DNA of 64,000 bases from Eledone cirrhosa (GCA_964016885.1 OZ024741.1:316634001-316698000), one strand, 5' to 3'; shown: positions 1 through 14,261, counted from the first letter of the stretch. The notes: generated by a model from the letters alone, not told the origin. Program-made: numbers and translations.

Positions 1-1
1 C

Positions 2-1617
2 ACAAATAACGATAGCAACAACAACAACAATGACATTATAAAAACGATCCTCAGTTTTGCAATAGTAGCAAAACAGTTCGAAGCATTTACGGTAACTCAG
101 GAGGATTTAGAAAATGCCAAACAAATGGTAAAGAAAGATGGGTACAGGGTCAGCCTCACCCCCCACCTAATAAAATGGAGCATCGGCGCCTATGCACCGT
201 GTCGTATCGAACGATAAATGTAAAATCGCGCTGAGTGGAACGGGCATCCGAGTCCCAAATCCAAAAAAACTTTGGGACATGTGTGGGTAAGAAAAACCCA
301 CATCAGACGTGGGCAGAAGTATGGAACCGTGGACGTATTCTTTGAAACACCAGAGGAGGCTAGAGAACACTCCATGGCCCCATTAAGAAGTGACGACTTC
401 ACACTCGTCCCAAGCTATTGTGGCCAGAGACTCGTAAAGATCAGGGTGACCCACGTTCCACCGGCCATCGAAATTCCCTGGCTAATAGCGGCCGTCCTCG
501 CCGGCATCGAAGCCAACACAAAAATAATAGCAATAGCAAAAGAAAAGCAGGAGAACTGGTCCGGATCTGGGATGCAGCTTCTGATCCAAGCGGACCAAAA
601 AAGCATTGAGGAGATCCCAGAGGTAATAGACCTCACTGACGGCAGCCACCTCACGGTAATTGTCGAGGGCAGAAGACCTAGGTGTGTCGTTTGTGGTGAA
701 GGAACCCACCTAAGGGCTTTCTGCCCTCAGGCTAAAAGGTTGAGGCCACCTCTCCTACCCACCCCAGTGACACAACCATCAACACCACCAGTAGCAGAGA
801 TGGCAGCAACAACTGTAGCAGCAACAGAAGCAACTATAACAGCAACAACCCCAGCAACAGTAGCAAAACCAACACCACCACCACCAGCAAAACCAACACC
901 ACCACCACCCAACGCTTCAGAACTAGCACCAGCGCCTACACCATCCACCACGCCACAACCAAAACTAACGCCTGTGGAAGATTTTCCACTCCCCGGCCTA
1001 TCACAACTGGAGACAGATTGTGACGACGAGGAGTGGGAAACGATATCCGGAAAAAAAAAAGAAACCAAAAAAGAAAAAATTCTCTTCCTTCCCCCTCCAA
1101 AAACAAAATACAGAGGGAAACAAATAAACTAAGAAACAAAAAAGTTAGGACAGATATGCCACCATCCACACCAGCATCACCAACCCCATCAACCCAAACA
1201 CCAACACCATCACCATCATTAACTCCAACACCACCATCACCTACACCACAAAAGTCACCAAAATGCGAAACAGAAACAAACCCACAACAAACGCAAACAA
1301 AACAAAACAACCAAAACGATACACACTACACAGCATTAAATTTGAACAACAAGCAATTATTACACTACATCCAACACAACACCAGCATCACAGAAAAAGA
1401 CTACACAACAACCCCAAAATTCACACCACCTCCACACATACAAATCACTCGCATCACACAGAAAACGTACATGACACTAAAACAAAAATTCCCCAAAGAC
1501 ATCGGAGACTTCCGACAAGCACTCTCCAGGAGGATTTATAAGGACATCCTTCCTGAGGAGGCCACAAGCAGTGAAAAGGATGGAAAAACCGTCCTTCCTC
1601 TACGAGAAGTAAGGTAA
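2..1617 (+). pseudogene. Tx1-like ORF1 (gag-like, zinc knuckle, Pro/Thr-rich), frameshifted
   Basis: The frame is open 2-214, then ORF 272-1132 contains CVVCGEGTHLRAFC (CX2CX4HX4C). A frameshift in the A-run at ~1051-1060 leads into ORF 1033-1617. Confidence 0.8.
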
Positions 1618-1651
1618 GTGGTCTTTCCCATCTTTTCCACTCCTTTTCAAC

Positions 1652-4600
1652 ATGACCTCACTCAGAATAGGCAGCATAAATGCGCGTGGCTTGGGGTCGT
1701 CATGGAAGCAGGGCCACCTGCTCAACGACCCCAGGTCACTAAACATAGATGTAGTGGCAATCAGCGAGACCAGAATCTCCGAAGCACAGGCTTTCGCACC
1801 GATCTTCGGCGGCTACGATGTGTACGCATCTCCCAGCCGTCCGGGATCGGGGGGAGGAGTTGCTGTGCTTTTTCGGAGAGGTTTGGATCTTGCCATACGG
1901 GCCATCTTCCTGGACCCAGAAGGTAAGTTGGTGGTGCTGGACGTGACCAGCGGAGACGGGCAAGCTTTCAGGTTAGTGGCCGTCTATGCCCCGACAGGAG
2001 CAGGGCGGCCTGATTTCTTCCGGCGTCTGGAGACCTTTCTTGGAACGTCCCGCTCTTTAGTGTTAGTGGGCGACTGGAACGGGATCTTAGATGCACGCTG
2101 GGATTGTGTGGGATTAGTGGATAGGGAAGGTGGGTGCAAGAGTCTCACCAACCTGCTCAGACGTTTTGAACTGTCTGACAGGTACCGAATGAATTTCCCG
2201 AATGTACCAATGTGGACTTGGACAAATCGCATAGGGTCATCCAGATCATAACTAGATAGAGTATTTTGTAGGGAAATAGATAGGTCTAGCATAGGCTGTC
2301 CACAATTCAAGATGGTCAGCTACACGGACCATAAATTCGTGATCTGTGTGCTTGACTTAGATAGGCTTCATAGACGAGGACCCGGCTACTGGAAGCTAAA
2401 CGCGTCCTTACCAGCCCGCAAGGCCTACAGAGACCGGATTAGCGAACTAGTTAAGCGGGCGTTGACGGGGGCCATCGTCAACAACAAGTGGTGGTTTGCT
2501 CTGAAAAGAGCAATTAGAATAGAGTCCATTAGGTTTAGTAAGACTTTAGCAATAGAGAAAAATAGAGCAGAGGGAGAATTAATTAGAAAATTAGAAGAGG
2601 CGCTTAGCAAAGGCATCGCGACCGACGTACTTGCGGCGAAATTGGCCCTTGACCAATTCTTCAATGCAAAGCACGAAGGCTGCGTTGTCAGAGCTAGGGT
2701 GCGTGCTCTCAGACACGAGGGGACGAAAGCCGTTCAATGGGCCCGAGTGGCGGAGGCGCGTCGTGGCAACAAAGCCACGATCCGGTCTTTGGTGGACCAC
2801 GACGGGCGCATGCTACTCGATCCCGGGCAAATGTGTGAAGCTTTTCAGCGACACTTCGCTCAACTGTTCGGGGGCAGTGGCGGGCCGGATCGAGGGATGG
2901 ACTTTAGTGTCTACCTCGACGGACTGCCGCGGCTTTCGGCCACTGAGGCGGAGTGTTGCGAAAAGCCGATAACAACCGCTGAAGTACGGGATGCAATGAC
3001 TAGTTGCACAAGGGGTAAATCGCCTGGTTTGGATGGTCTGCCCTATGAACTTTACGTACAAATGCTAAACTTGTTCGGAGGCCTCTTGGCGGACGTCTAC
3101 TGCAACTGGCAACAGAACGGGAGAATTCCCAGCTCTGTGAGCCGAGGAGCGGTGGCGCTGCTGAGAAAGGATCCGAACAAGGGGGATAACATAGATAATT
3201 TTAGGCCCATAACTCTGCTAAACACAGAGTTCAAGATTTTGGCCAAGGTGCTAGCAAAGAGGTTGGCGCTTGTCGTTGGTGGTCTGGTGGGAGAGGCACA
3301 GACATGCGCCATTCCCGACAGATCCATCCACGACAACCTCCACCTCATGCGATACATCGTAGAGAGGGTAGCTAGGAAACCTGGCACGGGTGGGTCTTTG
3401 ATCAATTTAGATCAGTCGAAAGCCTTCGATAGGGTCGACCATCGTTACCTAGAGGCAGTCCTGAGGGCGGCTGGCTTTGGGCCCGTCTTCAGAGGCTGGA
3501 TCGCTGCCATGCACAGCAACATCTGCTCTGTAGTGAGAGTGAACGGTCACCTTTCGGAACCGTTCAACATCATGCGCTCGGTCCGCCAAGGATGTCCCCT
3601 CTCGTCCCTATTGTACGTATTGACTCTCGAGCCATTACTGCACAAACTGGAGACGTTGAGGGGGATCCCGCGCGAACTAGGATGCGGAAGATCCGTGTCA
3701 GCATATGCCGACGATGTCACCGTAGTGGTGTCGAACGCCAAACACATCGAGGCGATCGGCATTACACTAAGAGAATACGAAGCGGTGACAGGAGCAATGA
3801 TCAACCAGGAAAAGTCAGTGGGCCTGCAGTTCGGCACCTGGAGAGGCAGGTCCATGCCGTCCAACAGCGTCGTCGGGCGCTGGACGGACGGACCGGTTAA
3901 ATTGCTAGGGGTCTGGTTCGGTCCAGACCTCCAGACGGACAAAAACTGGGACGAGGTGACGAGCAGGGTGGCTTCTCTCACCCAGAAATGGGCCGAGAGG
4001 AAGCTATCCCTGAAAGGTCGAGCGGAGGTGGCGAATGCGTACATCGCATCCGTCATCTACTACCGCCTGACCGTCGTACCTTGTCCTAAGCCCCGCCTGA
4101 CTGCGCTGGAGCGTTTGCTCTTTCGCTTCTTGTGGAAGGGACGCGCTCCGATGGTCAGGCGGTCCATCTGCTGTCAACACCCGCTACGTGGAGGGCTGGG
4201 CATACCGTGGCTGATGATGCGCAGACACGCACTCAGGCTACGACATCTCCACCTCTTCCTCGACGGTGATCAGGTGTGGTCGCCGTTTGCTAGACGCGTT
4301 TTTCCACAGCTCGTCTCCTTGACGGAGCTGCAGTCCTGGGTCAAGCGAAGACCGAGAGGGAGCGCTTGGAGACTGGAATGTCTTCAGGCGCTCACAGCCC
4401 TCGACCAATCGGGCAATGTGATCGGTGGAAACTCCACCTTGGCGTTCTATAGGGGATTAGTGGAGGGGGGGGGCGACGACGTACTTGGAGAAACTCTAGG
4501 CGTCGACGAAAATCAACTAGCCAATCTCTTCGGAAGGACTTTCGGGCCGGGGCCTATGGACAACTTCCAGAAATCCCTGGCCTGGCAGTGCTACCGAGGA

Positions 4601-5070
4601 GCTTTGCCAGTTCGGGATAAACTCTACAGGCATGGAGGTGCCTTCAGCCGGGCATGTCCGAGATGCGCGCAGGGCGACGAAATCGTCCTGCACGCACTCG
4701 TCCAGTGTCCGAGCATTGCTGACTTGTGTGTTTATGTCGAACACCTGCTGTCACGTGTAGGACGGATCCAGCTATCAGCTGAGTCCATCGTGAGGATTGC
4801 CCCGCCCCCTTCCTTTAGCCGGGAAGGCAGGCAGTTTTTATCTGTCTGGTGGCCATGGCGAAAGAGATAGTATGGTGGACACGTTTGAAAGGGCTGAAGA
4901 CGAGCACTTACCTCTTCGGTGATGCCCTGATTAACTTTTTCAAATTTCATTTGAAAAGGAAAATCAGGGTAGAGAGGGAAGTGCTCTCTTCCCAGCATTT
5001 TGTTGAAAGATGGGTGAGAGAAGCAAGTATGGCCCGAATGAATGGGCCTTCTCTGAGTATGTGTCTGTAA
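1652..5070 (+). pseudogene. Tx1-like ORF2: apurinic endonuclease + reverse transcriptase + C-terminal CCHC
   Basis: APE motifs: SINARG, ISET, VYAP, GDWN, SRS*LDR (in-frame TAA 2249-2251), TDH. RT motifs: KSPGLDG, FRPITLLN, DQSKAFDRV, RQGCPLS, YADD. CPRC..H..C follows. A frameshift near 4830 leads into 4849-5070. Confidence 0.93.
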
Positions 5071-5314
5071 ATTAAAGGTGGAAAACTGGGAGAGGGCACT
5101 TGCCCTGGTGGTCAGAGCCACTGTGGTCTTTTAATGGGCTTTCTCCACAAATGTCCCTCGGAAGTCTCCCGCCTATTGGGGAATTTTTCTTTGTTATTTT
5201 ATTTCATCCGCTGTTTTTTTTTACACGCAGAAATGCCCATTTGTACCGTCCTGTATTGTCCTGTACTGTCCTTAATGTCTACTTTATGTAAACCCTTGTG
5301 GTTAATAAAGAAAA

Positions 5315-5315
<1 letters not shown>

Positions 5316-5381
<66 letters not shown>

Positions 5382-5471
5382 GACTTTGCCTTTCATCTTT
5401 ACGGGGTCGATAAAATAAAGTACCAGTAATGCACTGGGTAATTGCTGGCCTTGTGCCTAAAAGTAGAAACA

Positions 5472-5561
<90 letters not shown>
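5316..5561. repeat. (TTA)n microsatellite tracts flanking a SINE fragment
   Basis: Directly visible at 5316-5380 and 5472-5561. Confidence 0.95.
5381..5472 (+). mobile_element. 5'-truncated copy of tRNA-derived SINE family A
   Basis: Reverse complement of the copies at 18092, 23478 and 58729. Ends in a (TTA)n tail. Confidence 0.85.
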
Positions 5562-5999
<438 letters not shown>

Positions 6000-6609
6000 T
6001 TAATATTCTACCCAATTAGGGTAAAACTTATAATCATAATAGAACTCAAAGTGGTGTAGATATAAATATCCCATTGAAGCAAAGTGAAATATGTTTTTGT
6101 GGAAAATATATTGACTAATCTATAACAGCTATGCAACTCAATAGCATTAGTTTCGATAAGATTCAGTTTTCGAATTTCTCGCCATCGCGTTCCCTCACAG
6201 CGGCCAGTTTGGCTGATCAGTCTTATAGGATGCCTGAGTCATTATAAACCTTGAAATGCTAATCCTAGTGATGGTAGGGACTGGACTTGGATGTGCCGTT
6301 ATAGACAAAGCTTTCCTTTTGAGGTGGACGATCACCCGTTGAGGACGCACTGCGTAATATCTACATTGCATAACCATTGTGAATAATAGTTGTAGTTGTA
6401 ACTATTATAATCAGACTGTAGTAGAGAAACTATCGATAATCCGGGTTTATATGACATACCTCTACCATACCCACGCGGTGCTGTTTCCTTACGTAATAAA
6501 AACGTGTAGTGTGCACTCTAAATTGTAAGTCTGTATTTTTTTACGCACAACATTTATAATATTATTGAGCGAGTAAGGAATGACAGAGGCTACACGGATT
6601 CTCTTTGCC

Positions 6610-6652
<43 letters not shown>

Positions 6653-6717
6653 GAAGGTAATATCCGTAGTGGTAGAGCACTCAGTCCAAGGGACGAGTTA
6701 TATATATATATATATAT

Positions 6718-6849
6718 AAGTTTTAATATAGAAGAGCTTCTACAGGACTAGAACTGTTTCATTCGTGAGAAATCATCAGGGAGCTCCCTGATGATTTATC
6801 ACGAATGAAACAGTTCTAGTCCTGTAGAAGCTCTTCTATATTAAAACTT
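6718..6849. repeat. 132-bp near-perfect palindrome (inverted PLE terminus) containing a hammerhead motif
   Basis: The arms mirror about GAG|CTC at 6783/6784, with one mismatch seen. Confidence 0.93.
6781..6833 (+). ncRNA. Type I hammerhead ribozyme motif (PLE-associated), with a mirror copy on the - strand
   Basis: GAGCTCC-CTGATGA-(weak stem II)-GAAA-CAG..CTG-TA-GAAGCTC. Canonical core, stem III CAG/CTG, GUA cleavage triplet, stem I 6/7 paired. Confidence 0.75.
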
Positions 6850-6929
6850 TTATACTCTGCTATGTATTGAGATCCTTACTTACTGTGGTTACCTCCGATT
6901 CAATCCGGAATAACCTATATATATATATA

Positions 6930-7904
<975 letters not shown>

Positions 7905-7912
7905 TCGCGCGC

Positions 7913-7981
<69 letters not shown>

Positions 7982-7986
<5 letters not shown>

Positions 7987-10235
7987 CGAGCGAGATCTGT
8001 CCACACCTCGAATCTTGGGTGACACCTAAAGGTCAAACTCTAGGTCACCACCCTTTTGGGTGTGAACAGGTTCATGCGTGGGCTATCCCCTCAAAGTGGG
8101 AGACAGAAAGCGACAGGTATATAAAGCCTGTATCATCCCACGTTTAGACAGAGAGATCGGAGCATTATGCCTACAACAAGCTATGTAAATATTCACCGCT
8201 ACCTTCAGGCCCCAGTGGTCTACAGTCAATTACAGACCATTACTATCCCTTTCTCTCCTGGTCGCAGACTAAACCAGCCTCATGAACCAACAACAAAAAT
8301 AACATTGTCAACCTTTGCAACTCGTGGTAATATGTATATTGTTCTTTTTGACTCAAGTGAAGTAAACCTTTATATATAAACTTAATCTTTATTCTTGTTA
8401 TTACATCCAACAATCATGTTAATTCCTCTAACAATATCTTAGTTATACCCTTCGTTAAATTGGTAAACCCGACGTGATTTTAAAAAAAAATTAAAAATAA
8501 TACGAAGTGGTATTTAAAAAAAATAAAACCACACGCAGCCTTTTTGATCTGATCATGGTTTCTTTTGCCAAAATAAACAACTTTCTCTTACCAAGCTTCT
8601 CATCTATATTCTACAATATGATAATACTTCACTTTTTCAAATTATTCACCAAACTTCCATTCTACGGAATATTTACAGTGACTTCGCTTTTATGTTTCGA
8701 TTCATTACCAAACACTTCACCACTTGCTTCGTAATCGCAACAACAGATAATACAACTAGCTTCCTAGCAAGAAAACGATCACATAAAGAAGAGAAAACTG
8801 AACTTTGTGTAAAGAACAATTATATAAATAGTTTTTTGTTTTTTTTACAGGTTATATATGAACGTTCATTTTATTTTTTATTTGTTTCACTATATTATAT
8901 GCCTGTATCAACATACACGTTTTGCATCAAAAACACATCATTTTCTTTGTCACACACCAACATGTTTTTGTCTATGGTATGTATATTCTGGATTATGTTG
9001 AGTCTCAGCGAGATCACTTTTCAACTGGTCGAGGTACGGCAACAGCTATTAAACACATGAGAAACTCACCCACGGGTACTACACGCTTTGACTCACTCAA
9101 GCACGCAACTCAAAATTGCACTCACACATGTCATAGCATAAACCTCGACTCACTGGAAAAGCATCTTACGTATGATAATACATCGAGATACAACGGGTCG
9201 AGATATGGCAACAGCTATTAAACACATGATAATCAACCCACGGTTACTACTCGCTTGAACTTATTCAAGCACGCAACTCAAAATTGCACACACTCATGTC
9301 ATAACGTAAACCTCGACTCACAGGAAGAGAATCTTACGTATGATGATACATCGAGAGAAATAGTCCTCTGTGTTATCATATCGTAATCCGATACCGTAAC
9401 CCCAACGTCCATCTATCCATACAGAACAGTTCGAAATACATGATCACAACTTTGTATATTTACAGTTTCTTCTAAATGATACACACACACATGCATACAC
9501 AGTTATACGATATTTTTCTCTCTCTCCAAATTTCTCTACACTCGAAATGCGGGCGCAGTACCCACATTTTGTGTGTTTTGGGACACGCTTCTAGAATCAG
9601 ATTTCGCTACTCCTTTTATAATCGATCGCTGCTCCTGCATCTATCTGGGTAGGGAACTAATGTAACAAGATCTGTCCACACCTAGAACCTTGGGTGACAC
9701 CTAAAGGTCAAACTCTAGATCACCACCCTTTGTGGTGGGAATAGGCTCATGCGTGGGCTATCCCCTCAAGGTGGAAGACAGAAAGTGATAGGTATATAAA
9801 GCCTATATTTTCCCACCTTAGACACAGAGAGAGCACCACGATACAAACCAGCTATGTGAAAGATTCACCGCTACCTTCAGGTCCCAGATGTCTACAGACA
9901 TACAAAGCGATCGGAGCAGTACGCTATTACAAGCTATGTGAAAGATTCACCGCTATCTACAGGGCACAGTGGGCTATAGTCAAATACAGACCATTCAGAG
10001 ATATACAGACCATTACTCTCTCTCACTCACTATGGTCTCAGACTTCAACAGCTTCATGAACCAACAACAACAATAACATTGTCAAACCTTTGCAACTCGG
10101 GGTAATATGTTTATTGTTCACTTTGATTTAAGTGAAGTAAACTTTTATATATTAAGTAAATCGGCCATTCTTGTTATTTCATCTAATAATCATGTTAATC
10201 CATCTAACAATTTCTTACTAACATCCTTCGTTAAA
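7982..10235 (+). mobile_element. Non-autonomous LTR retrotransposon (Gypsy-like, tRNA-Trp primed); LTRs 7982-8459 and 9661-10235
   Basis: Diverged direct repeats start TGTA and end CTTCGTTAAA. PBS TGGTAAACCCGACGTGAT at 8461-8478, purine tract GGGTAGGGAA before the 3' LTR, and TATA box GTATATAAAG in both LTRs. The interior is ~1.2 kb with no pol. Confidence 0.85.
8461..8478 (+). promoter_or_regulatory. Primer binding site complementary to the tRNA-Trp 3' end
   Basis: 16/18 match to TGGTGACCCCGACGTGAT, located 1 nt after the 5' LTR. Confidence 0.8.
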
Positions 10236-10257
10236 TATATATATATATATATATATA

Positions 10258-10374
10258 ATAAAAAATTGAACAGGGACAGAACAGAGAGGCAGTACGACAA
10301 ATGTTTATTAGCTTCACGCTCAGGAGAGTGGGGGGTAGGTGGAGGACGACGTTTCGGGCATAAGCCCTTCTTCG

Positions 10375-10377
<3 letters not shown>
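10258..10377 (-). mobile_element. PLE terminal (pLTR) fragment with minimal hammerhead motif, inside (TA)n
   Basis: The minus strand reads CCGAAGA-A-GGGC-TTAT-GCCC-GAAA-CGTC followed by AATAAA. Stem I is truncated by the TA tract. Confidence 0.7.
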
Positions 10378-10438
<61 letters not shown>

Positions 10439-10455
10439 AATATATATATATATAT

Positions 10456-11776
10456 AGAAAAAAAAAATGAAATCGAAAATGCAACTGGAGTCTTATTTTG
10501 AAAAATATATATATATTTATTTGGTTCCTTTACCGGTTTCGCAGTTCTTCTGCTTTTCAAAAGTAGAGTTGAGATGGAGGGTCTGTTTTTCTCACATCTG
10601 GTTGGTCTTTGAATGTTACTTGTTTTATATGGAAAAAAGTCGCTCGAAACGCCAGGTTTTTAGAGAAGTAATTTGATTGGTTGGTCAATGAGAGTAATAA
10701 ATTTCGCGCCCGTATTTGGTCAGTAAGTATAATAAATTTCGCGCCAGTTCGCGTTACAAAGTTCTTCAAATAAGGGGGGGGGGGGTTCAGGTTATTTTCT
10801 CATATATGAGTGTTTGAATTTCTTTTTACTTTAAAAAAAGGGGGGGGGGCTCACGAAGGCTTTTTTTAAAAATGTAATTTGATTGGTTATAAATGAAACT
10901 ATGGTTGTCACGTGAACAAGTTCATTAAATTTCGCGCCCGTATTTGGGAATTTATTTTGTAGCCTTTTAGAGAATTTTATGACAATAAAAAAAGTGGCTC
11001 ATCAAAAATCTAGTTTATGCCATTAAATGTAAAGGATGCAATGAAGATTATATAGGACAAACTAAACTCACACTCAGAAATAGAATGACAGTTCATCGCC
11101 AACAATTACGAGATCCAACCACGAGACAGATACCACTAAGCGCATATCTAGACATTTGCGCAAGTAATAAGACACCCAAATTTCAAGTCTTCCCATTTTA
11201 CCTTTGCGCTGACAATACAACAGAACAAATACGAATAAATAAGGAAAATATGTTTATTCAAAAATATAGACCAGCATTAAATATGGTCTAATATACATTA
11301 TGTCAACACCATAACATGCTCACCATCCAAACAGACACATACACCCACACATAACACCTTCTACTTTAGAAAATAAAAACCCGAACTAAATAAACCTTAA
11401 CATACGTTTGCGCTGACAATACAACAGAACAAATACAAATAAGTAAGGAAAATATGTTCATTCAAAAATATTCCTACTAACGGAATCATCCCTCCCCCCA
11501 CAAAATATATATTCTCTTCATCTTAACATGCTAACCATACTCCCACACACACATAACACCCATACACACACACACATACCCCCCCCCCCACACACACAAC
11601 TCCCTCCCCCATTTCTACTAATAGAATCACTTTCCTACACACACACACACAAAATATATATATTCTCTCCATCTTAACATACTCCCATACACACACACAC
11701 ACATAATACCCATATACACACACACACACACAACTCCCTCCCCCATTTCTACTAATAGAATTATCTTCCTATACAC

Positions 11777-11819
<43 letters not shown>

Positions 11820-12629
11820 CAAGCATACAAATCAACATACATATCTCTACTTTCTTTATTTCAATAGAAAATCTGAATTCTGATACCCCAGCGAACTAGC
11901 CATTTTCACTGAACCAGAACAATTCTCCCATCCCATTTCTCTTGACCATTCTTTTGCTTGTCATAAAATTCTCTAAAAGGCTACAAAATAAATTCCCAAA
12001 TACGGGCGCGAAACTTAATGAACTTGTTCACGTGACAGTCATAATTTAATTTATAACCAATCAAATTACATTAAAAAAAAAAAGCCTTCGTGAGCCACTT
12101 TTTTTATTGTCATAAAATTCTCTAAAAGGCTACAAAATAAATTCCCAAATACGGGCGCGATATTTAATGAACTTGTTCGCGTGACAGCCATAATTTCATT
12201 TATAACCAATCAAATTACATTTTAAAAAAAGCCTTCGTGAGCCCCCCCCCCCCTTTAAGTAAAAAGAAATTCAAACACACATATATGAAAAAATAACCTG
12301 ACCCCTCCCCTTGTTTGAAGAACTTTGTAACGCGAACTGGCGCGAAATTTATTATACTTGTTGACCAAATACGGGCGCGAAATTTATTACTCTCATTGAC
12401 CAACCAATCAAATTACTTCTCTAAAAACCTGGCGTTTCGCGCGACTTTTTTCCATATAAAACAAGTAACATTCAAAGAGCAACCAGATGTGAGAAAAACC
12501 ACAGACCCTCCATCTCAACTCTACTTTTGAAAAGCAGAAGAACTGCGAAACCGGTAAAGGAACCAAATAAATATATATATATTTTTCAAAATAAGACTCC
12601 AGTTGCATTTTCGATTTCATTTTTTTTTC

Positions 12630-12630
<1 letters not shown>
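10456..12630 (+). mobile_element. 5'-truncated Penelope-like element: inverted terminal copy + GIY-YIG C-terminus + 3'UTR/pLTR
   Basis: 11000-11291 encodes NLVYAIKCKGCNEDYIGQT..RNRMTVHRQQ..ENMFIQKYRPALN*. 10456-~10998 is an inverted copy of ~12095-12630. Flanked by (TA)n. Confidence 0.88.
12524..12559 (+). ncRNA. Minimal hammerhead with U3-A8 core variant (inverted copy at 10527-10563, - strand)
   Basis: CTT-TTGAAAA-GCAG-AAGAA-CTGC-GAAA-CCGG-TA-AAG, with palindromic ACCGGT at stem III. Confidence 0.65.
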
Positions 12631-12667
<37 letters not shown>

Positions 12668-12680
12668 GAAAATTGCCTGT

Positions 12681-12744
12681 CCGATGAACGAATGAGGACG
12701 TTTTTCGTATTCGTCTTATTCGGGAAACCTCTGGTAATGAGGTA
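12681..12744 (+). ncRNA. Hammerhead-like motif with long stem II, on an isolated PLE terminus in (TA)n
   Basis: CCGATGA-A-CGAATGAGGACG..CGTCTTATTCG-G-GAAA-CCTC..GAGG-TA. Stem I is poor. Confidence 0.65.
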
Positions 12745-12774
12745 ATTATATTGTATTGTTTATTATACATTATA

Positions 12775-12865
<91 letters not shown>

Positions 12866-13448
12866 GGCTGCGTGTGTTTGTGTGTGTGTTTGCGTGTGTG
12901 TGTGTGTCTGTGTCTCAGTGTGTGTGTATCATTCGTTTCCTATTTTACGCGTCTTCGTTTAGTTCACATATAATTAGACAAGACCATTAATCAACATTGT
13001 CTCGCTAGCACCTTAGTGAACTGCCCTTATTTCTTTTACCCTGATTTAACCCCCCCCCCCCATACATGTTTTAGAAATACCTTTTAGTGAACGTTTTAGG
13101 TAACAAAAGAACTTCAGAAATTTACATTTAATGATGTACATAAGAGGACTGGTTTAACAGCTTAAGGTAGATCCACAATTTTTACATGGTCGAGTAGTTT
13201 GTGCTTTGTCATGAACTTCATAATAGGGTTTTGAAAAGTCTCCATTTTACTAATCATGAATGAGGTCTTAGTTCACATATTCAAGACCATAAGGACGACT
13301 GGTAGGACATATGATTAATATATTTCCCATACACACACACACACACATAGACGCACAGAAACACATGCGTGTATGTATGTATGTATGGAAGGATGTATGT
13401 ATGTATGTATGTACGTATGTATTATATATGTATGTATCTATGCATGTT

Positions 13449-14062
13449 CTTCTGGTTTTATAATTTTATGAATTTTTACCAATAGAGAGTCGATTTCTAA
13501 CATAGATACAAGACCCTCTCATTGGAATTTACACAACAACTAGGTAGATATGTATGCATGTCTGCAAGAATGCATGTGCGTGCAGGTATGGATAGTATTG
13601 AATATGTAGATGTGTATGTTTTTAGTTATATGTGTGCATGTGCATATGCTTTGTATTTGTACAAGTGTATAAGCAGTTATTAGATGCAGAATTTTTGGAA
13701 TGTTTTACAGATTTTTACTGTTCTATTAATGGATTGGATTGTACTTATACTTTTCTTATTAGTCGTGTTCTTTCTGTTTCTGTGAAGCCCAGCTTCTCAA
13801 GATTTATACTGAAGCATATCCCAGTGCCCCAATAATCACAGGCATAAATTAAATCTAAAGGTATAGTCAGGGTGGAGTATCTGTAGATTTCTCATTAGTT
13901 CTGCATAAATATTCTCCTTTTCGCTAATCTTTGATATTATATTGACATCTGCTAGGCAGCTAACTTCGACTATTGTGCAGGCCTTCTTTTTCCCTGTCCC
14001 ATATCATTATATATAATCTGTTATGCCTGCATTTTATTGGGGTTTTGACTGGAACATTCCAT
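13449..14062 (-). mobile_element. R4/Dong-like LINE 3' fragment (same family as 29470-32190), flanked by (TATG)n
   Basis: WNVPVKTPIKCRHNR.. and the 3'UTR align with 29470-30050. Confidence 0.88.
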
Positions 14063-14261
14063 GTATGTATGTATGTATCTATGTATGTTTCTATGTATGT
14101 ATACCCGAGTCCTTTACTCCGTTGCTTTATTTGATATATATATATATATATAGTTTTACGAGGTTTTTTATATGAAATCGTGTGTCGAAACCAACCAAAC
14201 AGTGAGTGTGTTCTGTTATTAATTCTGGCAATATTACACAAATATGACCCTCCCCAAGTAT

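Larger units (their letters stand above)
1..5315 (+). mobile_element. Tx1/L1-clade non-LTR retrotransposon, near full length (5' end outside window), disrupted
   Basis: ORF1 with CCHC knuckle, then ORF2 with APE, RT and CCHC. The 3'UTR has AATAAA at ~5304 and is followed by (TTA)n. Confidence 0.93.

Noticed and set aside
6120-6600. Possible host exon (ORF 6195-6377)
   Set aside because: No recognisable domain or supportable splice structure. Left unannotated.
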